Source of the DNA: Octopus sinensis | Taxonomy: Eukaryota | Length of the DNA: 64,000 bases | Direction of reading: 5' to 3' | NCBI RefSeq assembly: GCF_006345805.1 | Contig: NC_043003.1 | Location: 57,288,001 to 57,352,000 of the forward strand | Part shown: positions 26,157 to 39,797 of the stretch, piece after piece | How positions within the stretch are numbered: position 1 is the stretch's first letter | How the letters are laid out: each line of letters opens with the position of its first letter | Notes under the pieces: model-generated | Database searches by the model: none | Seen by the model: the letters and a program-made list of their open reading frames with translations, nothing else | What the model was told of the DNA's origin: nothing | Position numbers and translations under genes: made by a program

Positions 26157-26327
26157 GGCGCAGGAGTGGCTGTGTAGTAAGTAACTTGCTTACCAACCAC
26201 ATGGTTCCGGGTTCAGTCCCATTGCGTGGTACCTTGGGCAAGTGTCTTCTACTGTAGCTTTGGGCCGACCCAAAACTTGTGAGTGGATTTGGTAGACGGA
26301 AACTGAAAGAAGCTCGTTGTATATGTG

Positions 26328-26369
<42 letters not shown>

Positions 26370-26578
26370 CCTTTGTATGTCTTGTGTTTGTCCCCCCTCC
26401 CAACATCGCTTGACAACCGATGCTGGTGTGTTTACGTCCACGTCACTAGTGGTTCGGCAAAAAGGGACCGATAAAATAAGTACTAAGCTTACAAAGAATA
26501 AGTCGTGGGGTCGATTTCCTAGACTAAAGGCGGTGCTCCAGCATGGCCAAAGTCAAATGACTGAAACAAGTAAAAGAG
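26157..26578 (+). mobile_element. SINE family A, full length
   Basis: Complete head (ggcgcaggagtggc...ggttcagtccc), body, internal (TA)n and tail gaaacaagtaaaaga. Confidence 0.9.
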
Positions 26579-26920
26579 CATAAATCCGAAACAATGCTAG
26601 GAGATACAAAGTTTAGTACAAATTGAAAAGGTAACAAAACGAAGCTGCAGTTTTTCCTTGTATTTCTTATTTGGAAAAGATCCCTTCTTCGAAAAAGCAA
26701 CGGTTGGAAAAAGTCTGTTGAAGTGTATGGGGGCTGGAACAGGGGAGGAAGGTGAGAGGTGACACGCGCGGACGACTCTTTCTATAGATACCAGTCTGCC
26801 TCGTGCAGTTCCTTTCTGCTGTTAATGGCTGGTTTTCAGTTTGTTTATAAGGAGGGCTTCCATAATTCTGAGTTCACCTTTGAGTCTATATTGATATATG
26901 TATATTGTCTGAGTATATAT

Positions 26921-26973
<53 letters not shown>

Positions 26974-27089
26974 TGTGTATGTGTGTGTGTGTGTGTATGT
27001 GTGTGTGTGTGAGTGTGTGTGTGTGTAAATGAATATAAATACCCACAGTTGCAATGTATGTATGAATGGTTATGTGTTTCTCATTTATC

Positions 27090-27356
27090 TTTTACTAGTC
27101 TCAGTTCTTAGACTGCGGTCATGCTGGCGCACCAACTTTCAAGACGGTTAGCCGAAATAAAATAGTAGGTACTCCATTTAAGCCTGTTACTTCCGCGTCA
27201 GTCACTTTTGTCGAGCCTCTAAGTTATGGAGATAAACATAGGCACAAAGACAGACGCACTCAATGCATACATATATATATATATATATGTACAGCGGGCT
27301 TCTTTTAGTTTCCGTCGACAAAATCCACTCACAAGGCTTTAGTCGGCCTAAGGTTA
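27090..27356 (-). mobile_element. SINE family A, degenerate, head lost at the MITE junction
   Basis: tttccgtc..aaatccactcacaaggcttt and tail remnants. Confidence 0.7.
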
Positions 27357-27364
27357 CAAGGTTA

Positions 27365-27580
27365 CAAGGTGTGCTGAAAAGTTCCTGGCTTTAATAGTAT
27401 CGCGAAAGGCTTGACTAGAGGACCGACCTTCCGAGCTCTTTTGCAGAGCTTAGAAAATTTGAAGGACCTCTGCAATAACTGTGGATCTGAGAGGCGAATA
27501 TGTAGAATAGAATTATAATTAACTGATCCTCCTGTATTTTCTTTAACTCATAGGCAGGAACTTTTTCCAGCAACCCTTTG
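27365..27580 (+). mobile_element. Mariner (irritans-like) MITE
   Basis: Imperfect TIRs caaggtgtgctgaaaagttcctg / caggaactttttccagcaaccctttg with TA flanks. Interior VDLRGEYVE* resembles a transposase C-terminus. Confidence 0.7.
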
Positions 27581-28304
27581 TATAATAGAAGACACTTTCC
27601 TGAGATGCCAACTTGAGAGACTGAGCCTGAAAACATGTCTTTGGGAAACAAACCAGATAGCTACATTATTATATATTATACCATATATATTTACCAGATA
27701 GCTACTTTCATATATATTACACAAAGGACATCTATATATATTATACAAAAGTATGAAATCAATCATCGCTGTAATTAGCTCCTCTAGTGTAGGTAAAGAA
27801 CAACAGTTATTAACATATAATCGTGAATCCCTCACACAGCACCAACCACTCAGCAAAAGTAGAAATTATTTTGCTTCTTGACACAATCAATGAATTATGG
27901 CGCTACATTCATTACGCGTGTTAATAAACTAAACTTAAAAGACAACGAAAATTTGTCTAACATGAAAATAATTGCCTTTTACTCCAGTAAATGAATTATA
28001 CAACGAATTCTTTGAACTATATTAACATTTTTGTATTGCAAAAGGAAAATGTACTTTTATTCAATAAATAATTCGATAATAAGCATTTTGATTTTTCTGG
28101 GTAGACACACCTAAATTTTTCTAATCAAATGCATAATCTCTAACACAAATACACTCACACATACACACACACACACACACGCACACACACATACACGCAC
28201 ACGCACACACACATATATATGTATATGCATACATACATATGTGTGGGTATGAATGTATGTGTGTATATGCGGGCGATATAACTAGATAAATAGATAGATA
28301 GATT

Positions 28305-28510
28305 CTTTTATTCGTTTATTTGTTTCAGTATTTTAACTACGGCCATGCTAGAGCACGGCCTTTAGTGGAACATATCGACCCCAGAACTTGTTCTTTGTAA
28401 GCCTAGTATTTATTGTATCGGTCTGTTTTGCCGAATCCCTACGTTACGTGGGTGTAGATACACCAACATCGCTTGTCAAGCAATAGTGGAGGAACAAGCA
28501 CAGACACAAA
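28305..28510 (-). mobile_element. SINE family A, 3' half
   Basis: ggccatgctagagcacggcctttagt...tcgaccccagaacttgttctttgtaagcctagt. Confidence 0.75.
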
Positions 28511-28520
28511 CCTATCCATT

Positions 28521-28551
<31 letters not shown>

Positions 28552-28611
28552 TATGAAAATACATATATATGCATATATATACAAACATACATACATATAT
28601 ACATGTATGTG

Positions 28612-28688
<77 letters not shown>

Positions 28689-28789
28689 AAAGTGTACGTA
28701 CGCTGCTATATAAAAATTTATATAAAAATACAAAATAGGAATAGAATGCAAAACATCCAGACGGCTAGGTGATACAAAACAGGGACAAC

Positions 28790-29060
28790 ACAAAATCCAG
28801 ATAGACGATGCAAAGCAAATAAGGACAGGTCATTCGGAGTTTTCTTTTTTCAGTCGAATTCCAGATTATCTTTGCAATTTCGGTTGATTATTCTCGAGAT
28901 TTCTCCAATCTGGCCTTAGTTTTTCCTTGGGGCTGGCCTGATGGGAGCAATCTCGAGTATAACCAGCTGAAATTGCAAAGATAATCGGAAACTCGGCTGA
29001 GGAAAAAACTCCGAATGACCCGTCCTTGTTTTCTTTGTATCGTCTATCTGGATGTTTTGC
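28790..29060. repeat. Fold-back inverted repeat (~125-bp arms, ~19-bp spacer) inside (TA)n
   Basis: atccagatagacgat...ggtcattcggagtttt...attatctttgcaatttc versus gaaattgcaaagataat...aaaactccgaatgacc...atcgtctatctggat. Related to 7872-8030. Confidence 0.85.
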
Positions 29061-29089
29061 GTTCTTGTACCATTTTATATCTTATATAT

Positions 29090-29136
<47 letters not shown>

Positions 29137-29207
29137 GTATGTGTATATATATATATATATATAATATATATCGATATATATATAATTATATATATACACA
29201 AATATAT

Positions 29208-29254
<47 letters not shown>

Positions 29255-29759
29255 CTACTAAACGTGCGTGCATGAATTCTAACAGCGTCAGATTGTGCGA
29301 CATTCGCAAGGAGATGACGTACGGTGCTAAAAGCGCAGACCTATATCATAGCAAGCGTACCTCTCAGGGAGGAACAGTCAAGGCTATACTGCAGTATTTG
29401 GTGTTCTAGTATTACATTCACGTTCAGTAAGATACAATGATTTCCTTTTCATACGAGTATATTCTTTTACACTATTGTGCGTTTCAGGCTGAGAGCCATC
29501 GCCATGCTAGTGCACCTCCAATGTTATCACTGGCACTTCTTTTGCAATTTTTGGTGAAAGAGGGAGTTCGATATTGTTGCCCCCTCTTGAGGTTCTTGTT
29601 CTTGTGTAGGTTTACTTGTAGCCTTGGGCAGGAAGAAGTCAATTTGGTTTTTGAAACCATCTGCACTACCCCATGTAGATCTCTCAGATATTTTGACAAG
29701 ATAAGTAGCCGCACATGGTCAATCTAGACGGGATAGATGAGACATTTGGAACCATGTAG

Positions 29760-29959
29760 GGACGTCCAGTTGGGGGGTTTCTATTACTCTCGGTGCCAAA
29801 GTTTCGTAAAAACCACATATCAGAAGACGAAATGATCACAAAGCAACGTGGAATGAATTATTTTGCTCAAGAACACAACGCAACACCCGGTCTGCGAATC
29901 GAAACTACGATCTTACAGTCGTGAGCGCAACAACCTAACCACTAAGCCATGCGCCTCCG
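29760..29959 (-). mobile_element. CORE-like tRNA SINE (family C)
   Basis: Minus-strand head ggaggcgcatggcttagtggttagg...gtttcgattc, then gcgttgtgttcttgagcaaaa. Confidence 0.75.
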
Positions 29960-30419
29960 CTATATGTGTGTGTATGACTGTGTTTGTTCGTGTATATGTG
30001 TAGTATATTATAATATATCTAATATATATATATAGACACATGCATACATATAGGCATATACACAGATCTATCTATCAATACATATATAAATATAAATATA
30101 TATATGTGTATGTGTCTGGGTGTGTGTATATATACGAGCAACCCCGCCCCGTATAACCTTAGGGTACTTGTCATAATTACCAAATGGCACTCCAGACTAG
30201 CTCCAGCTCAGAAGAAGTGTTATCGTCAATGGACGGTGCTGAGTTGTCAAACATTTAAACCAAATTTTCTCAAATCAACTTGTCCGACCGGCCCATAGGC
30301 CTCTCCTTTGAGAAACACTGACTTAACCTAAATTTGAGGCACCAGCAAAAGAAGAAATAAAGATAGACTTTTCTCTATTCCAGAGTAAACCGATTTTATT
30401 CACATAAATATGCAACCGA

Positions 30420-30680
30420 AGAATTTAAAGTACCTGTAATAAGGCTGTTGGCTGGGAGAAAACAAACATGGTTTAAACAGTAAGCTTGGCACCTTCCCGT
30501 GGCTTTATCGATTGCATTCTCACCTGGTATCCTTTTTTTGTAATTTTTTCAAGACTTATACACGCCCTGATACCGTCGGTATCTACATATCAAATTTGAG
30601 CGCAATCGGATGGAAGATGCCCGAGATCCTAGAAGACACACACACACAGACAGACAGACAACGGATTTTATATAATACAC
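30420..30680 (+). mobile_element. Possible non-autonomous Helitron/Helentron-like (Lep1/DINE-like) 3' region
   Basis: caaatttgagcgcaatcgg followed by (ACAG)n and ttttatataata, recalled as the layout of such elements. Not verified. Confidence 0.35.
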
Positions 30681-31481
30681 ACACACACACACAAACGAAT
30701 GATTAATTCCATCTACTTCTACAAAAGAGAGAACTCAAGCTTATATTTTTGACAATTTTAGAAATTGTCTGTCGGAGCATACGTTTTATGTAAGTCGACT
30801 AGAAGACTAATGAATATGACGTCAGACTGATATTTTATATATTATTATCAGCAGCAGCATCATCACCATTATTATTCTTGTTGTTATCGTTGTTGTTATT
30901 TTTGTTGTTATTTGCTTCATATCTTTATTGCGTAACTATATCACAATTGACATGAGACTCTTGCGAGATCATTTTCAAAAGACGTTATGTTATAGCGAAA
31001 AAAATGTATGCACTATTCATCTTCGTCTATGAGTGTGTGTGTATGTGTGTGTATGTGTGTATGTGTGTGAACGTGTGAGCACGCGCGCGTGTAATAAAAC
31101 GACAATGAACTGAGGAAACTAACACTGAAGAGACACCAGCATATATTTGAACAAGAAAGACGGATTTGGGGATATTAGACTCTATGCCAGACAAATCCTT
31201 GATTTACTACAATATTCTTTGCCTTCAGAAGTGGTTCAATAATAGATTGGTAGTCCAGCACCCAAATAAGAAGGGAAGAACCATAAAAATCAATTTTTTT
31301 TTTTACAGAAGTGGCATCACATTAATGAAATGACGTTGTAACTGTTTAAAAACAAGAGAAAAACTGCAGAAACACGTATCTGTTTTATCATTGCTGCAAT
31401 ATCCCTAAGTTATTCCCAGCAGAAGGCTAACTTACTGTACGAACAATGGAAGCGGAAGTAATTTCACTGGCTCACTACTAT

Positions 31482-31841
31482 GGAAGCACTCCGTCGGTTA
31501 CGGCGACGAGGGTTTCGGTTGCTCGTGAAATTAACGTGTAAGTGACTGAGCACTCCACAGACACGTGTACCCTTAACGTAGTTCTCGGGGATATTCAGCG
31601 TGACACAGAGAGTGACAAGGCCGGCCCTTTGAAATACAGGTACAACAGAAACAGGAAGTAAGAGTGAGAGAAAGTTGTGGTGAAAGAGTACAGCAGGGAT
31701 CACCACCATCCCTGCCGGAGCCTCGTGGAGCTTTAGGTGTTTTCGCTCAATAAACACTCACAACGCCCGGTCTGGGAATCGAAACCGCGATCCTACGACC
31801 GCGAGTCCGCTGCCCTAACCACTGGGCCATTGCGCCTCCAC
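31482..31841 (-). mobile_element. tRNA(Arg)-like SINE, young, 13-bp TSD
   Basis: Head ggaggcgcaatggcccagtggttagggcagcggactcgcgg...ggtttcgattccc, with A/B boxes and a TCG anticodon-like loop. TSD ggctcactactat at 31469-31481 and 31842-31854. Confidence 0.9.
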
Positions 31842-32602
31842 GGCTCACTACTATAACTTGCATAGCATTAAATATATCCCTTAAAAATACATCCTTATTC
31901 ATTTTTGTTTTCGTATATATGTCACTCGCCATTCCATACTGTTTCTCTTAGCTCATTTTACTTTCATTTACGTAATTTATCTAAGAATTTACCTTGTATT
32001 ATATTAAATATATTCTTATTCTTCCTTGTTTCATACATATATACATATAAATACACGTGTGGTGGGGTAAGTGTGTGTAAGTATTCAAGTAAAAATTAGC
32101 TAAGTGGCTCAGAACGGCCAGTGATATGTAATTGATCAACACAGGCAAATCAATGTATATCAATTACTATATGACACATTGATTTATTAAATTATTTCCA
32201 CCCCTAGAGTACTTGTCATAATTACCAAATGGCACTCCAGACCAGCTCCAGATCAGAAGAAGTGATATCCTCAAGAAGTGAGAATTAACCAAAGTTGTCA
32301 TGCCTTCATGTCTAGAGATAAGATGCCAGACGGGGTCAGGTGCTTCTGAGTCTCACAAAACTGATATTTTCCAGTGTGTGGTGAACAACGATAGCAGCGT
32401 AACAATGTATAAGGAAAGATATTCAAAGTACATCGAGATGTAATCAGAGAACAATACATTGAGATTTGAAATGGTTTCCCGAAAACTCCATACGTAAAAA
32501 CATTTTAGTTCTTGGTTTAGACGTCAGAATCTTGAAACACGATTTAAGATGTTATTCAAGAAGGGTCTGCTTCTAATAACTTATGCACACTCTATGTATT
32601 AA

Positions 32603-32693
<91 letters not shown>

Positions 32694-32939
32694 GCCTTAA
32701 TTTGTCGAGATACTGACCACGTGCATCGTACATGAAAGCTTCTGAAGCTTTCTTCGGACATCGTAATCCTACGTCATCCAGAAAAAAAAGTTTCAACACA
32801 AATACCCTTAGTTTTCGAGATAGGTTTAAATAAAACTTAAAATCTCCAAACGTATCCGTGTTTCTTTCCAAAGCAAAAGTTAAAGTGGATATGTAAATGA
32901 TAGCCATATATTCTATAAATTCATATCAAACAAGATCGT

Positions 32940-33730
32940 GAACATCTATAAGAAACTAAATCCAGCTCAAACTATGCTATTAATTTAGAAGAGAGTGTAT
33001 AATATTATGGTTGTATCTGAACTATAAGTTATAGTTAAAGATCATAAAGTCGAATTTTGTGAACTCCAAGTGCAGATTAATAAATTTAGTTATATATACA
33101 GTCAAAATATTTTTGGTTTGGTTCCATCATTTTGAATATTAAACAGATCACATCACTTCTATTTTGTAGTAATAGTGTATCTATCATTAAATGGTTCGGT
33201 AACATTGATAATAAACACCTTCGTAAATTTATGCAGTTTGACATAGTAGAATTCTATGCAACTATAACTAAATCTATTCTCCAGAAAGCTTTAGAATATG
33301 GTAGAGATTTTATTCCAATTAGTGAGTCTGACATTAATATTACTATGCACGCTAGGAAATCTTTGCTATTTTATAATAATTCTGTTACAGTTTAACGTAG
33401 TAGACAGGTATTACTTGATGGAGCTATTGAGCTGAAATTTGTGAATTAATAAGATTGTATATTTTAGACATACTTCGAAAGAGATTCCGCTCTGTAGATA
33501 TTTTATTTTACTTTTTTCTTTTACCGTGATGATGAATTATTCATCTTGCGAAATATCAGTGAATACAGTTAGGAAGGAATTTATCAACTTATTTAAAGAG
33601 TTAGGTTTAAAGATTATAGTTGTTAGGCATCTATGTGTAGTCAATTTCATAGATATAAATCTAGATTTAGACTGGTAAATATTGCTCTTATTGTGTAAGT
33701 AATGAGAAATTACAGTACATTAATATATTC
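32940..33730 (+). pseudogene. Penelope-like reverse transcriptase remnant
   Basis: ORF 33132-33395 has SVSIIKWF...FMQFDIVEFYATI...MHARKSLLF. Downstream frames give AEICELIRLYIL and YRDD. Clade not determined. Confidence 0.7.
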
Positions 33731-34145
33731 CAAATATTACCGGTGATGCCAACATTTTAGCAACAAAAGTAAGCGCATATTCAACAAATATAATAAAGTA
33801 TCTTTTTATCTCGTTATTCATTATTTCAATGACTTATTAAAAGACACAAACCTCAATACTAGAATATATTATTACATATAGTTTAATACTAATATTTATA
33901 GACGCAAAATTTGTTCGAATGTTCTTTCTCCATTCTTGCTATTTCGCCATTTTTTTTTCTTTGCTTTAGAAGAGCAAAATCCAACCTCTTAAACACCGAC
34001 AGCGCTTCTTAAAGAGCATCAATGGTAGAAACATCGTATGTAACAGCAGAACTGCGTCTACTGCCACCTATAGGATTTCATTGTATAAAACGAAAACAGA
34101 GTTTGAACAAACTAATGTACTACGGCAGCAACTAGTTAGTGATAT

Positions 34146-34356
34146 CTCTTTTACTTGCTTCAGTCATTTGACTGCGGCCATCCTGGAGCACCGCATTTAG
34201 TCGAGTAAATCGACCCCAGGACTTATTCTTTGGAAGCCTAGTGCTTATTCTATCGGTCTCTTTTGCCGAACCGATAAGTTACGGGGACGTAAACACACCA
34301 CCATCGGTTGTCAAGCGATGTTGGGGGGACAAACAGACACACAAACATATACACAC

Positions 34357-34387
<31 letters not shown>

Positions 34388-34550
34388 CGACGGGCTTATT
34401 TCAGTTTCCGTCTACCAAATCCACTCACAAGGCTTTGGTCGGCCTGAGGCTATAGTAGAAGACACTTGCCCAAGTTGCCACGTAGTGGGAATGAACCCAG
34501 AACCATGTGGTTGGTAAGCAAGCTACTTACCACACAGCCGCTCTTGCGCC
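34146..34550 (-). mobile_element. SINE family A, full length
   Basis: Reverse complement of the 26157-26578 copy. Confidence 0.9.
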
Positions 34551-35149
34551 TATATTCATAAATTCCATAAAGTCAATAATCCGCGTAGAAATACAAGAAT
34601 TCCTGATATTTCAGTCCCGGTTTTGACGGAGAATGGTAAATGTGTCAGACAATTCACTACCAATAATCTTGCTTTGAACCTGAGAATTCTCGTCTCCTTA
34701 CAGGATACCAATATACAGGATGCACTTTTCTGTAAGACAGTGAAGTGTTATCTGACCAAGAATCTGGATGTTATTTCTAGCCGCTCGATCGACCAGGTAG
34801 AATGTTCTACTTTGGATATCCTTCACTCTAATAACATGTTAGACACACAATAGTGTGACAGTGGTGGAGCCTTGTATCACTGAGAAAAAGGTTTGTCTCC
34901 ATTTCACGTTGTTTCAATCTAATCACTTAAAGATGATTGCCAACAGTAGCCGGGGGTTAACCTTGTGTTGGACTGGTGTTCCGTTCGGGTGGGAGAATGT
35001 TTTATACACTTAATCACTTATATAGCTCACAAGCCCGATAAACAACCACCTCCTATACGCGTAGGTTTGCGATTGACTTAAAACTTTTAATTTAATATAC
35101 AATAGTAGCATACTTGTTTTATAGATATATAAATATAATTGGTCGACTA

Positions 35150-35720
35150 TTTGTGGTTATAATAGTTATTAGTACAAAATGCATTCAAGTAACTTCAAAT
35201 ACTGACTATAAATATGGAAAATAAGTTCACGTTACACACATAGATATTTAGCATCACAATTTCTTTTAACATCGATGGAGACAATAGTTCGGTTTATCTA
35301 TAATATATTCAAATAATGACCTCATAAATAAAGGGAGATATAAGTTCACACACATAGGTTAACAGCAACATATTTCTTTTAGATATCAGTAGCTATTATT
35401 ATAGTTTAGTATTACAAAATTACTAATACTGACCAAAGTTATTGTGAATTAAATTCACACGAACACACATAGAAACATAGTAATACAATTTCCTTTAAAC
35501 GTCAGCGAATATAATATTTAATACTGCAAAATATTTTCGAATACTTCCTAATATAGAGAAATAGTTACATAAGAAGACAACCTCTCAGATATTGCTGACT
35601 ATTACAGTTAGTAGTACAAACTATTTTAGAATACTGATCATATGTATTGAGAAATAGATTTAATGACACATAGATATATAATATATAACAGCAAATATAT
35701 ATTTCAAACGTAGGATTATA
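35150..35720. repeat. Old degenerate tandem repeat, ~114-bp unit, 4-5 copies
   Basis: Recurring aatactgac / aagttcac / acacatag / atttcttt motifs at ~35197, ~35311, ~35425, (~35540) and ~35630. Confidence 0.6.
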
Positions 35721-36185
35721 TTCTTCAGTACGACAGACACTCTGGTTTAACCTCGTTATTTGATAACCGACTATGTTTATTTGTGAATTCTTCATTTCTA
35801 CGCACTTTCGTTCTCTGGCGTAAATTATTCTCTGTTCGTCCAATAGGACTCTCTTTCGAGACTCAGAATTGGAAATTATATCAATCAGCTTTTTGTCACC
35901 ACATGTTAACTTCGCTTTTACTGTTAAACGTGTTACTACATAAATAAAGGTAGCTTGAACAAAACTGTAAATAAAATATTCCTTGTTTTATGCCAATGTT
36001 AATTTCAACTGGATATGTATTTAACTCGCTTACAAATTCCTCGTTCTTATATAATATGTATATATGTGCGTGCATACGCATGTGAGTTTGTGTGAAATGT
36101 ATGTGTGTGTATGTATACATGCATATATATGTATGTGTGTGTGTGCGTACTTACATAAATACACACACACAAACACGTATATTTA

Positions 36186-37400
36186 CAGGGTGTGTAAAAT
36201 ATTTGAAGATAGATTTATGTCTATAAAAAAAAAGTTATATAATGACAAACGGATAATAACTTTATTATCAAGCAATGCTATGAGGATAAAATCAAACCTT
36301 CTTTACTATAACGTTATACAATAAAGCCACCTTCAGCTTCAAAAACGGCATCTATACGAGATCAAAATCGTCTACATGCTCGAATCATGTGACCCTAGTT
36401 CATTTTGGACACTACACTGACGGCTTTCAAAGAATCTTTGGTATTTTAGGCGTGTTCATTGACCTCTGTCGACAACGCTCTACATGTAATAGTCCAATGG
36501 ATTAATATCTAGTGAATTAAAAGACCAAATGTCAGGGGTCACGTGATCATGAAAATTTCCAGCCATCCATTCCTGCGTCACTTGAGCCTTGTGTGATGGT
36601 GCTGAGTCTTGCTGAAATACATATGACCTTCCTTTGCGTACACTGTCAATCCAGGGCTTAACAAGTGTTTCCTGGACTTCAATGTAAAACGGCAGAGTTA
36701 ACTCTAGGGCCTTGTGGAAAGAGATAAGGAGGCATCACATGCCCTTCATTGCTGACATGCAATTTTGTATGCATAACTCTTTGAAGGTCATGTGCAGAAG
36801 GATCTGCGCATAACCATCTGTCATTTCTTCTGTTAACTTCTTGATCTTGGTCTGAGAAAAACCAAATCAAATCTTCTGCTGGATATTTCTGTTTGCTTAA
36901 GAGCCGTTTAGATCTGATATAGCGATTCTCTTTTGCTTTTTCTTGCATAAATTGACCTTTCCTCACCATATAAGATTAATATCTGATGTCTTTGTGGACA
37001 ACATTTCTGATTGTTCCATCTGATATAAGATATTTTGCAATTGAACTCATGGAATTTCTGCGATTGTAATCAATGGCATGTTGAACGTGCTGGATAAATT
37101 CAGGGGTTCTGATGATTTCAGAGCTTTTAGAATGTTTTCTACGTTTTAATAATGCTGATGCATTTGCATTTTCGGTCTCTAACTCATTATGAACTTCGTA
37201 GACGAAAGATCTGGCGACTTTTAAAAATCAATATATTTCTAAATCGCTATGCTCAGCCTTCATAGACACAATAACTGCAAGCCTCATCGTTTCCTGAGTA
37301 AACTGAGAGTCTGCCATTATTATTTTCTGAAACAAAGACCATATAGAGTTAGCAAAATATGCTGCAATGACCAAGCAAAGGTATGTCCACAAATATCTTA
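36186..37400 (-). mobile_element. Decayed Tc1/mariner element, maT/DD37D-like
   Basis: TA-CAGGGTG terminus at 36184-36192. The other TIR is degraded near 37385-37400. Encloses a transposase pseudogene. Confidence 0.7.
36314..37317 (-). pseudogene. Tc1/mariner (maT-like) transposase pseudogene
   Basis: Minus strand: MADSQFTQETMRLAV..., WFFSDQDQEVNRRNDRWL, YVFQQDSAPSHKAQVTQEW, SLDINPLDYY, ...RIDAVFEAEGGFIV*. Contains stops and frameshifts. Confidence 0.8.
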
Positions 37401-37448
37401 ATATCTTTTATATATATAAAATATCTTATATATTCTTTTAATCTTTTG

Positions 37449-37610
37449 TTCTTTTATTTGTCTCAGTCATTTGATTGCGGCCATGCTAGAGCACCGCCTT
37501 TAATCGAACAAATCGATCCCACGACTTAAATATTCTATCGGTCTCGGTTTGCCGAAAGACTAAGTTACGGGGACATAAACACACCAACATCGGTTGTCAA
37601 GTGATTGTGG
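37449..37610 (-). mobile_element. SINE family A, 3' half
   Basis: cagtcatttgattgcggccatgctagagcaccgcctt...taagttacggggac. Confidence 0.75.
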
Positions 37611-38597
37611 GATATATATATATATATATTATATATATATATATATATTATATATATATATAGGTAGAAACATTCGGAAAACTAAAACTGTGTGAAACGT
37701 GTTGTGACTAGCAAAATCTGATCGTCTGGTCAAAATCGTGATATCCTGCTATAGAACATATATCAATATTTATGTTTCCATCTCACTTGTATTATGATAT
37801 TGCCGTCTACATTCTATGACAGTTTTTATCATATGTCCATTACCAAAGTTATCTGAACTATAATAGGTGCAAATAAACTAGTGCCATGGAATCAGAAGTC
37901 TTTGAACTTCAACTGCACCGAAACTGTGTTGATTCTGGCTTGATTTCCGTTGTTATTTTATATTTAATTTATCCTTTACTATCAGTTGCTTCTATATTTC
38001 ACTTGGATTCTCTCTGCTAGATTTCCAGGGCATACTGCATCTGTAGGTGTATTTTCCCTTTTTCACTGTGATACGCGTAATTTTTCCCTCCTCCCAATGC
38101 ATTCCTTCTTATTTCTTTGTTTTATTCTCTTGTCTCACACACTTAGTTTCGTTTCCCTCTCGTTGGACTTTTCTTTGTCTCTCTCGCACAAGTTATAATT
38201 GCATTTTAACATATGCTCTTTATTATTTCAGTCCCCTTCTCACATCATCTCGAAACTTGGCTAACCATTCTGTCCACTTTGTCCACTTTGCTAACCATTC
38301 TGCTAGCTCACTGCCTTAACCAATAAAATACTAGCCGCACAACAGGTGAGCCACTTAGAATATAGAGAGATATCCAGCTTTAATATATTTTTGTCAGTTC
38401 GCTTGGAATAGTCGGGCTTCAACAAATTGTCATGAGAAAAGCCTCCTGGATCATTGGTTCGAGGATATCACTGGCTGTTTTAATATTTGGAACTTCTCAG
38501 CTAAACACGGCCGACAGCTTCAAAATTGTGGGACGTTGGGTTGTTTTACAACCTGGATTTCCAAGTAAATGATGAGCGTTGAGCTAATAAGTCCTCG

Positions 38598-38629
<32 letters not shown>

Positions 38630-38630
<1 letters not shown>

Positions 38631-39004
38631 GCGTAGGAGTGGCTGTGTGGTAAGTAGCTTGATTATAAACCACATGGTTTCGGGTAAGTGTCTTCTACTA
38701 TAGCCTTGTGAGTGGATTTGGTAGACGGAAACTGAAAGAAGCCCATATATGTATATATATATTTATGTGTGTGTGTGTGCGCGCGCGCGCGTGTGTGTGT
38801 GTGTCTGTGTTTGTCCCAACAACCTCGCTTGACAACCGATGCTGGTGTGTTTACGTCCCCGAAACCTAGCGGTTCGGCAAAAGAGACCGTTACAATAAGT
38901 ACTAGGCTTACAAAGAATAAGTCCTGGGGTCGACTTGCTCGGCTAAAGGCGGTGCTCCAGCATGGACAAAGTCAAATGACTGAAACAAGTAAAAAAGTAA
39001 AGAG
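38630..39004 (+). mobile_element. SINE family A with internal deletions
   Basis: Head, body, (TA)(TG)(CG) microsatellite and tail are all recognisable. Confidence 0.85.
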
Positions 39005-39045
39005 TATATGTGTGTCTGTGCGCGCGCGTGTGTGTGTGTGCGCGC

Positions 39046-39078
<33 letters not shown>

Positions 39079-39797
39079 CGCGCGCGTGTGTGTGTGCGCG
39101 CGCGTGTGTGTGTGCGAGTATGCTTTGGTGCGTGTGTATATGTTTGTGTTTGTGCGTGTACCCACACATACACAACATATACCCTCGCACTGAGATCTAT
39201 GTAAATATATTCTATTCTTTACAAGTTCTATTATAGCTAAGAGAAGGTTCGACGATAGTACGCTTCTGGTAATTTTTATCCTTTCCCCAGACTAAGCTCT
39301 TCAATTCATTTACTTTACTCTATGCTACGCTGAAGCTGTAAGTTCATAACTGTGGTAGTAATTGTACTTATTTTATCTGACTTCTGCTGGCATTGAATTC
39401 AAGTTTTATGTTAATCTAACTCTTCAAATGCAAGTAATGTTTTCTACTTTTCTTCTTCATGTTTGTATGTTGTATCTAATCAGCTTCATCTACTCCCAAG
39501 TACTTTTATGGATGGTTCTGTTCCTATTCTCTGATTTCAGTATCTTGAAATAAATTAATGTTCTCAATTTTTAATTAATTCACCTCTCCTGAGAGTAATG
39601 TTGGCACATTTGTCTAACCTCATACTTATTTGCGTATCGCAGATGATTTCACGTATCGTTTTTAGTTTTTTTCTCAAACCTGGCATTGCCACTTCTAAAT
39701 AATTGTAAATTCTTTTTCTATACTCAATTGTTGTTGCTGCTGCTGTTTTGTTGTGGTTGTTGTTGTTGTTAACAACAACAACAACAACAATAATAAT

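Noticed and set aside
29440-29780. Possible APE endonuclease N-terminus (VSKTKL) on the minus strand
   Set aside because: A single weak motif is insufficient evidence.
31770-31841. tRNA-Arg-like sequence
   Set aside because: It is a SINE head continuous with the SINE body and TSD, with no proper acceptor stem, so it is not a tRNA gene.
35150-35720. Repeat with variable intervening segments, superficially CRISPR-like
   Set aside because: The context is eukaryotic, the repeats are degenerate along the whole unit, and there are no cas genes.
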